Of a DNA stretch of 63,233 nt, positions 54,947 to 63,233 are shown one piece after another; within the stretch, counting starts at the first letter, position 1, and each line of letters starts with the position of its first letter. The position numbers and the translations under genes are program-made. Source of the stretch: Gemmatimonadales bacterium (GTDB lineage Bacteria; Gemmatimonadota; Gemmatimonadetes; Gemmatimonadales; JACORV01); the NCBI GenBank assembly GCA_035623395.1, contig DASPTN010000111.1, forward strand, positions 1 to 63,233. The letters are read 5' to 3'. The notes beneath the pieces were generated by a model, which was not told the DNA's origin, did not search any database, and saw nothing but the letters and a program-made list of their open reading frames with translations.

Positions 54947-56165
54947 GGGCGTAGCCGAACAGCGCGCGTGCCTTCTCGAGCGCGGCGACGAGCGCGTCCA
55001 CGTCCTCGCGCGTGTTGTAGACGTAGAACGTCGCCCGGGCGGTCGCCGCGACGTCGAGCCGGCGCATGAGCGGCTGCGCGCAGTGGTGCCCGGCGCGAAT
55101 CGCGACGCCCTCGCTGTCCACGATGGTCGCGAGATCGTGGGGATGGATGTCCGCGAGCGTGAACGACACGACGCCCGCGCGCTCGGCGGGCCCGTACACC
55201 CTGATGCCCTCGACGGTCGCCAGCCGCTCCAGCGCGTAGCCGGTGAGTGCCCGCTCGTGGGCCGCCACCTCGTGCATCCCCAGGCCCTGCAGGTACCGGA
55301 TGGCGGCGCCCAGCCCGATCGCCCCCTCCACGTTCGGCGTGCCGGCCTCGAACTTGTGCGGCAGCGGCGCGTAGGTCGCCGTCGTGTCCTGCACGGTGCG
55401 GATCATCTCGCCGCCGCCGTGATAGGGCGGCATCGCGTCCAGCAGCGCCGGCTTGCCCACCAGCACGCCGATGCCCATCGGCCCGAGCATCTTGTGACCC
55501 GAGAAGGCGTACAGGTCGCAATCCAGGCCCGCGACGTCCACTGCGAGATGCGGCACCGCCTGCGCGCCGTCCACGACAACGACCGCGCCGGCATCGTGCG
55601 CCAGCCGCGTCAACTCCGCCACCGGATTCACGGTGCCCAGGACGTTGGAGACGTGCGGGAACGCGACGATCCGCGGGTGTCGCTCCAGCGCGCGCCGGAA
55701 ATCGTCCCCGTCGATCCTGCCGTCGGCCGTCAGCTCGACCATCACCAGCCGCGCGTCGCGCGCCTCGGCCAGCAGCTGCCACGGGATCAGGTTGGAGTGG
55801 TGCTCCATCGCCGTGACGACGATGGTGTCGCCCGCGCGCACCCGCGAGCGGCCCAGGGACGAGGCGACCAGGTTGATGGCCTCGGTCGTGCCGCGCACGA
55901 ACACCACGCCCGCGGGGTCGGGCGCGCCGACGAACGCCGCCACCTCGGCGCGCACCGCCTCGTACGCCTCGGTCGCCCGGACCGCGAGGTCGTACGCGCC
56001 CCGGTGCACGTTCGCGTTCAGGGTCCGGTAGTACTCCGCGATCGCCTCGATCACCTGGCGCGGTTTCTGGGTCGTGGCCGCGGAGTCGAGGTAGACGAAG
56101 GGACGGCCGTGGATCGCCTGGTGGAGAATCGGGAAGTCCGGCCGAACGTCACGCACGCGGGTCAC
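54939..56165 (-). CDS. sufS: Cysteine desulfurase SufS (class II aminotransferase V)
   Basis: FPIL...YLDSAATTQKP, NANVHRG, FSGHKMLGPMGIG (PLP Lys), and RAGHHCAQP (active-site Cys). Confidence 0.92.
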   Translation of the reverse strand: MTRVRDVRPDFPILHQAIHGRPFVYLDSAATTQKPRQVIEAIAEYYRTLNANVHRGAYDLAVRATEAYEAVRAEVAAFVGAPDPAGVVFVRGTTEAINLVASSLGRSRVRAGDTIVVTAMEHHSNLIPWQLLAEARDARLVMVELTADGRIDGDDFRRALERHPRIVAFPHVSNVLGTVNPVAELTRLAHDAGAVVVVDGAQAVPHLAVDVAGLDCDLYAFSGHKMLGPMGIGVLVGKPALLDAMPPYHGGGEMIRTVQDTTATYAPLPHKFEAGTPNVEGAIGLGAAIRYLQGLGMHEVAAHERALTGYALERLATVEGIRVYGPAERAGVVSFTLADIHPHDLATIVDSEGVAIRAGHHCAQPLMRRLDVAATARATFYVYNTREDVDALVAALEKARALFGYAHA

Positions 56166-56201
56166 CTTCCGCCGCGGCGGAGCCCCGGCGATGGAGCCAC
56201 A

Positions 56202-57548
56202 TCACAAATCTGCTCCTCCGTCCCGGCGCGGACCGGCGACGTGCCCTGCCGCGAGACGTCCGCGCACCAGGCCGTCCAGGCACTCGCGCAGCGGCGCATG
56301 CCGCAGCCGGCCCAGGATCTCCGCGCCGAATCCGTAGGTCAGCAGCGCCCTGGCCTCGGCGGGCCCGAGTCCGCGGCTCTGCAGATAGAACAGCTCCTTC
56401 GGATCGAGCGGGCCGAGCGTGGCTCCGTGGGTGCACTTCACGTCGTCGGCGTAGATCTCGAGCTGGGGCTGGCTGTCCGCGCGGGCCTCTTCCGACAGCA
56501 CCAGGTTGTGATTGGTCTGCTTGGAGTCGGTGCGCTGCGCGCCGGGACGAACCACGATCCGCCCGTTGAACACGCCGCGCGCCGCGCCGTCCAGGACGCC
56601 GTTGAAATACTCGTGGCTCTGGCAGTCGGGCTGCGCGTGGTCGATGACCGTGTGGTGGTCCGCGTGCTGCCGCCCCGCCAGGAGGTACAGGCCGTTGAGC
56701 ACCAGCTCTGCGCCGGGCCCGTCGAGCACCGCGGTGATGTCGTGCCGCGCAAGGGCGGCCCCGAGCACCACCGGATGGAGCCGCAGCACCGAGCCGCGCC
56801 CCTGGCGGGAGCGGGTGGTCGCGACGTGACACGCGCCGGCCGCCTCGCGCTGCACGCGGGTCAGCTCAAGGTGCGCTTCGTCCTCCACGACCACGTCCGT
56901 CACCGCGTTGGTCCAGTAGCGCCCGGCGCCGAGTCCGCCGTACCCCTCGATCACCGACACGCGCGCGCCGCGCTCCACGACGATCAGCGCCCGCGGGTGC
57001 GAGACCGTCGGGCCGGTGCCCGGCACGGACAGGAACAGGATCTGGAGCGGCTCGTCGAGGTCCACGCCGGCGCCCACCCGGATCAGCGCGCCGTCGCCCA
57101 GGAACGCCGTGTTGAGGGCCGCGAACACGTTCTGCTCCCCCGCGCCCAGGAGGGGCTCGACGAGCCGCGTCGGGCCGGCCAGCGCGGCAGCCAGGCTGCC
57201 CGCGCTCACGCCCTTCGGCAGATGCGCCGACGACAGCGCCGGCGCGAACCGGCCGTTGACGAACGCGAGCCGGACCGCCTTGCCCACCGGCAGCCAGGCG
57301 GGCTCCACCTCGCGCGTCGTCGGCTCCGCAGCCGCGGCAGCGGGAGCGAACGGCGTCTCGACGAGCGGCGCCACGCTGGTGAAGCGCCACTCCTCCTGTC
57401 GCGTGGTCGGGAATCCCGCCTCGGAGAAGCGCGCGATGCCCGCCGCGCGCAGCTCGCGAACCCACGCCGGCGCCGCGCCGCCGCCGTTCGCCGCGAAGGA
57501 CTCGTACTGCGCGACGTACCGCCGCACCGCGTCCACGGATCCGCTCAC
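56202..57548 (-). CDS. sufD: Fe-S cluster assembly protein SufD
   Basis: GTG at 57548 lies 20 nt after the sufC stop. ...EEWRFTS... is followed by a C-terminal beta-helix ending ...QLEIYADDVKCTHGATLGPLD...FYLQSRGL. Confidence 0.85.
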   Translation of the reverse strand: MSGSVDAVRRYVAQYESFAANGGGAAPAWVRELRAAGIARFSEAGFPTTRQEEWRFTSVAPLVETPFAPAAAAAEPTTREVEPAWLPVGKAVRLAFVNGRFAPALSSAHLPKGVSAGSLAAALAGPTRLVEPLLGAGEQNVFAALNTAFLGDGALIRVGAGVDLDEPLQILFLSVPGTGPTVSHPRALIVVERGARVSVIEGYGGLGAGRYWTNAVTDVVVEDEAHLELTRVQREAAGACHVATTRSRQGRGSVLRLHPVVLGAALARHDITAVLDGPGAELVLNGLYLLAGRQHADHHTVIDHAQPDCQSHEYFNGVLDGAARGVFNGRIVVRPGAQRTDSKQTNHNLVLSEEARADSQPQLEIYADDVKCTHGATLGPLDPKELFYLQSRGLGPAEARALLTYGFGAEILGRLRHAPLRECLDGLVRGRLAAGHVAGPRRDGGADL

Positions 57549-57567
57549 CGGCGCCCCGCCCTGCGGC

Positions 57568-59770
<2,203 letters not shown>

Positions 59771-59774
<4 letters not shown>

Positions 59775-60460
59775 CGGTGCTCCTGCCTCGCTTCGGCGGA
59801 CGCCGTGTCGCTCGCGCCCGGGGTGATGGAGTACTCGCAGGCGTTGGAGCCCTCGGTGATGTGCGTGCGCCGCTCGACCTGCGCGGCCAGCACCTCGGTC
59901 AGGAACCGCCGCTCGGCGGCGCATACCTCGGGATACCGCTCCGCCACCGCCCGTATGGCACAGTTGTGCTCCGCCAGACGAATCGTGCCGTCGGCGGTAT
60001 TCCATTCCGCCATGTATCCCTCTTCCGAAAGCATCCGCACGAGGCGCTGAAGCCGCACCTCGACCGGCTGATCGGCCAGCTCGCTCTTCAGCGACTCGCT
60101 CCGCGAGCGGAACTGGTCGACGAACATCCGGCTGATCTCACCGCGGCCCGCCCGCTCCTCCACGTGCTGCAGCAGGCCCTTCAGCGCGTCCTCGTACCGG
60201 TTCGGAAACAGGCTCTCTCCGCGCTGCGTGAGCCGAAACACGAACGCCGGCGCGCCCATGCCCCGCTGCTCCCGGCCATAGCTGACGCACCCGTCGAGCT
60301 CCAACTCCTTGAGGTGGCGCCGAACCGCGTTGGCCGACACGCCGAATGCGACGCTAAGTTCTTTCGCCGTAGTCGGTTGAGACTTCTTTATCTGCAGCAG
60401 GATCTGCGCTCGAAGGCCGCGATGGCCGGGGATCGATGGTGCGGGAGTTGAGAACGCCAT
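59771..60460 (-). CDS. sufR: SufR-like winged-helix transcriptional regulator of the suf operon
   Basis: The N-terminal wHTH is [43 protein letters not shown]. The C-terminal Cys cluster ([19 protein letters not shown]...SNACEY) fits a Fe-S-sensing SufR. It is the first gene of the suf cluster. ATG 60460 is preferred over TTG 60484. Confidence 0.7.
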
Positions 60461-60479
60461 GGATACGTTGCCCCACTTT

Positions 60480-60497
60480 GCCAATGTTTTTGTTGGC
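60480..60497. promoter_or_regulatory. Inverted repeat GCCAA-N8-TTGGC in the AT-richer region upstream of sufR (candidate operator)
   Basis: Read directly from the sequence. It lies 20-37 nt upstream of the ATG at 60460. Confidence 0.3.
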
Positions 60498-60511
60498 GAA
60501 GTAAGGTAACC

Positions 60512-62368
60512 CTAGTAAAGGAAGGTCCGCAACGCCGCGGCGGAGGTCGCCCCGAGCGCGGCCAAGATATCGGCCAGCCCGATCCAGTCGTTCCGGTGCT
60601 CGACGGCGAGTGTCAGCAGCGCCTCGCGAAACAAGGCGTCCCCCGCCCCCCCGCGCGCTGCTTCGAGGGCGGCCACACCCTTGGACCTCAAGAGCGCAAC
60701 CGAGGAGTCGCCAACCGGGACCTGACTCAAGGGGAGGTCCATCCCGCTCGGCAGAGAGCGCCACGCGCTGTCGGCCTGCTGCATCAGGCGCTGACGCACG
60801 GAGTCCCCCTCGATCGCGCCTCGAAACGCTGCTCCGGTCCACTCCGGAATCACTTCGGCGATCCAAGCCGAGCCTGGCCCGGCGGCCGCCACCGAGTTGC
60901 CCCACCAGGTGCGCGCGAGCTCGCGCGCAACGTCGGCACTCGCCGGGACGAACTCGGCGTTGGCGGAATCGACCGCAAACCCGTACGGGTGCCCGACCAG
61001 GAGCAGGCCGGCGAATCCGCGGACTTCGGGCGTGCCGGTGACCGCGACGTCGACCTCGTCGAGCGGCAGCCGGCCGAACGCACGAGAGCAGAACAGCCAC
61101 GCCGTGCGGACCTCCGCGGCGAGTGAGTCGACCGTGGCGCTCGACGGCGAATCCTCGGCCGTCAGCCATACGGACACACCGACGCCGCCCTCCGATCGCG
61201 CCACGATCCGGAATGGGCCCAGGGCGAAGGCTGCTCCGGCCGTCGCGATCTGGTCCGCGCTCCACGTCACGTGCCGCCGGCCGAGCGAGACGCCGTCGGC
61301 GGTCAAGCGCCCGGGCGCCACGGCTCGCCACGCATCGGGCAGATCGAAGCTCAAGGTCACCCGCGGGCGCGGCGTTCGCACGAACTGGAACGTCGAATCG
61401 AGGGCCGGTTGGACTCTCGGCAGCCAGTCCACGGCGGCGAAGGCACCCCTCGTCGACAGCTGCATCAGCCGGGGCGGCAGGTGATCCGTTCCCGCCGCGT
61501 GGTAGTGAACGGTGAACGTGGTGTTTCCCCGCGGCGGAACGGCACCGGGCAGACGAACCCATGAGACGCTGCCGGACGAGCGAGACGGCAGCAACGCGGA
61601 GTCGCCACGCATGGAGTCGACGACGAACGCCGGCCAGACCCAGACGGCCACGGACTCCGCCGGTGAGGCTCCCTGGTTCACCAGGTCGACCGTGACGGCG
61701 AAATCGACCCGCACCACCTGCGGATCGTACCGCACCAGCGCGTCGAACGACGTGGCCTGCCACCCGGTCGGCGGAACGACCTGCGCACTCGCGACGCTTT
61801 CCGCCACGGCGAGCGGCGGCGCGGGGCTGACCGGCGCACCGCCCCGAATCCTCAGGCCGGCGATGACTCGCTGGTATCCGGCCTCGATCGAGTCCCGCGG
61901 CAGCCCGCGCGGGTAGCGCAACTGCAGAATGATGAGGTCGCCGCCGCGGGCGATGGCGTATTCGTCCACGTCGAGGACCACATGGTCGATCGCCCCGCTC
62001 ATCCGGGTGCGCAGGGCCGGGAGGCCGGACACCCCGAGGGAATCGCTTGCCACCAGCGCGAACGTGCGCCCCAAGCGCCGGCGCCAGGTGGTCTCCACGC
62101 GGCTCTCGACGACCCGCTGCAGGGGCACCTCGCCGGGGAACGTGGTCAACACCAGGGCCCCCCACAGCTGCTCGCGGAGCGCCGCCGCGCGGGGGTGGAA
62201 GATTACGGTCGTGGTCTGGGGCCCGGATCCGGGCTCGAAGACCCAGTCGGGGAAGGGGCGGGGAAGCGAAACCCCGTACGCCTCGTTCGCGTAAACCGGG
62301 GCGTCGAGCGTCGCGGTATCCTGCGGGGTCGGAAGGCCGGCCAGGACGGCGAGCACCATCCCGATCAT
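60512..62368 (-). CDS. M1 (aminopeptidase N)-like protein lacking the zinc-binding histidines (probable pseudo-peptidase)
   Basis: 618 aa. [14 protein letters not shown] aligns to the M1 consensus HELAHQWFGN with both His replaced by Arg. The downstream WIAEVIPEW aligns to WLNEGFA. The overall length and order fit an M1 fold. Confidence 0.7.
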   Translation of the reverse strand: MIGMVLAVLAGLPTPQDTATLDAPVYANEAYGVSLPRPFPDWVFEPGSGPQTTTVIFHPRAAALREQLWGALVLTTFPGEVPLQRVVESRVETTWRRRLGRTFALVASDSLGVSGLPALRTRMSGAIDHVVLDVDEYAIARGGDLIILQLRYPRGLPRDSIEAGYQRVIAGLRIRGGAPVSPAPPLAVAESVASAQVVPPTGWQATSFDALVRYDPQVVRVDFAVTVDLVNQGASPAESVAVWVWPAFVVDSMRGDSALLPSRSSGSVSWVRLPGAVPPRGNTTFTVHYHAAGTDHLPPRLMQLSTRGAFAAVDWLPRVQPALDSTFQFVRTPRPRVTLSFDLPDAWRAVAPGRLTADGVSLGRRHVTWSADQIATAGAAFALGPFRIVARSEGGVGVSVWLTAEDSPSSATVDSLAAEVRTAWLFCSRAFGRLPLDEVDVAVTGTPEVRGFAGLLLVGHPYGFAVDSANAEFVPASADVARELARTWWGNSVAAAGPGSAWIAEVIPEWTGAAFRGAIEGDSVRQRLMQQADSAWRSLPSGMDLPLSQVPVGDSSVALLRSKGVAALEAARGGAGDALFREALLTLAVEHRNDWIGLADILAALGATSAAALRTFLY

Positions 62369-62417
62369 GGCTCGATCCTACAAGTCGGACGAAAAGCGCG
62401 CTACATTGGCCGGGCCC

Positions 62418-63062
62418 ATGTTCCTGCTCCTGCCCTTCGCCCTCGGCATCGCGGTTGGCGTCCTGTACTGCGCCCCAGTCGGGCCCGTGAACCTGGAGAT
62501 CGTCCGGCGCGGCCTGACGGTGGGATTCCTCGCCGCGTTCCTCGTCGCGCTCGGCTCGGTCATCGGGGACTCGTTCTGGGCGGCCGTCGGCATTCTGGGC
62601 TCCGGTCTGCTGATGGGGTCCATTCCGCTCCGCGTGACGATCGGCTTCATCGGCGTGCTGATCCTCCTCTTCCTTTCATGGAGCGCCTTCCGGGCATCCG
62701 CCCAGAATCCCGACTATCACCTGTCGGACCCGCCCCGCAAGCGGGTCGGATTCGCCGTGGGCGTGGCCCTGTCGATGGCGAACCCGTTCGCCGTCTTCTT
62801 CTGGCTGTGGCTGGCCGCGTCGGGCGCGATGGCGTCCGCCGGCGTCGACAGCGCGCACCACGTGGCCCGGATGTGGTTCTTTACCGGCCTGGTAACCGGC
62901 GCCGTCCTGTACGGCCTCGTCCTGTCGGGCGTCGTGGCGTGGAGCCGGCGCTTCATCTCGGCCCGCATGATGCGAGCGATCAACGTCGGCGCGGCCATCG
63001 GGCTCCTGGCGCTCGCGGTCGTGATGACCTTCCGGATTCTCAGACTCGTCAGAAGGATGTGA
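62418..63062 (+). CDS. LysE/RhtB-family amino-acid exporter
   Basis: ATG at 62418 gives [33 protein letters not shown]... About 6 TM helices and about 214 aa. Confidence 0.8.
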   Translation: MFLLLPFALGIAVGVLYCAPVGPVNLEIVRRGLTVGFLAAFLVALGSVIGDSFWAAVGILGSGLLMGSIPLRVTIGFIGVLILLFLSWSAFRASAQNPDYHLSDPPRKRVGFAVGVALSMANPFAVFFWLWLAASGAMASAGVDSAHHVARMWFFTGLVTGAVLYGLVLSGVVAWSRRFISARMMRAINVGAAIGLLALAVVMTFRILRLVRRM

Positions 63063-63233
63063 GCCTGCCGGCCGTGGCCACCCCCTCCTCCCCAGCGCCG
63101 CCGTTGCTCGCGCTGAGCGCCGTCACGAAGCGGTTCCCGGGGGTCGTTGCCCTCGATGCGGTGGACCTCACGGTGCTCGCCGGCCGGGTGCATGCGCTCG
63201 TGGGAGAGAACGGGGCGGGCAAGTCGACGCTGC
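63059..63233 (+). CDS. Sugar-type ABC transporter ATP-binding protein (RbsA/MglA-like), N-terminal fragment running off the right edge
   Basis: Hand translation from GTG 63059 (which overlaps the LysE stop, GTGA) gives [58 protein letters not shown]. Confidence 0.75.
   Translation, partial: MSLPAVATPSSPAPPLLALSAVTKRFPGVVALDAVDLTVLAGRVHALVGENGAGKSTL

Overview
This is a 63.2 kb stretch of very GC-rich (by eye about 70%) bacterial chromosome, densely packed with about 55 protein-coding genes. I saw no rRNA, tRNA, CRISPR array, transposase, integrase or prophage signature. Because of the GC content, almost every real gene is shadowed by long Arg/Pro/Gly/Ala-rich ORFs in other frames. I called genes only where the translation looked like a real protein (recognisable motifs, balanced composition), and I trimmed many track ORFs to internal starts that abut or overlap the upstream stop codon.

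Recognisable content, left to right:
- DEAH helicase (truncated by the window edge, absent from the ORF track), pfkA, and a SelW-like selenoprotein with an in-frame UGA.
- GAF-containing chemoreceptor, OmpA-family protein with three Big_2 domains, and an M14 carboxypeptidase.
- ArsR regulator plus a domain-permuted aconitase-family enzyme.
- TrmB, Hpt and TetR, then Lon and a Ser/Thr kinase.
- Fused 2-oxoacid dehydrogenase E1 alpha/beta coupled to a large spermidine-synthase-like membrane/TPR protein.
- Amidohydrolase, flavin reductase, M61 peptidase and PfpI.
- A translationally coupled fadA-fadJ-proline dehydrogenase-107 aa-DUF1015 operon, divergent from glpD.
- MFS transporter, LOG protein, and queG flanked by two mini-ORFs.
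- A GntR-ABC operon ending in two paralogous tail-anchored unknown proteins.
- Metallophosphoesterase and Nif3.
- parS x2, then parA-parB-M23 peptidase-bactofilin.
- NatAB-like ABC transporter plus DJ-1.
- sufR-B-C-D-S-U.
- A zinc-ligand-less M1-like pseudo-peptidase, LysE, and the start of a sugar-type ABC ATPase.

The most noteworthy items are:
- the missed selenoprotein with a textbook bacterial SECIS hairpin;
- the GntR/ABC operon with paralogous unknown membrane-anchored proteins;
- the beta-oxidation/ProDH/DUF1015 coupled operon;
- the parABS-M23-bactofilin module;
- several apparently leaderless or operator-overlapped starts.

All functional calls rest on motif recognition by eye and memory of protein families. 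No database search was run.
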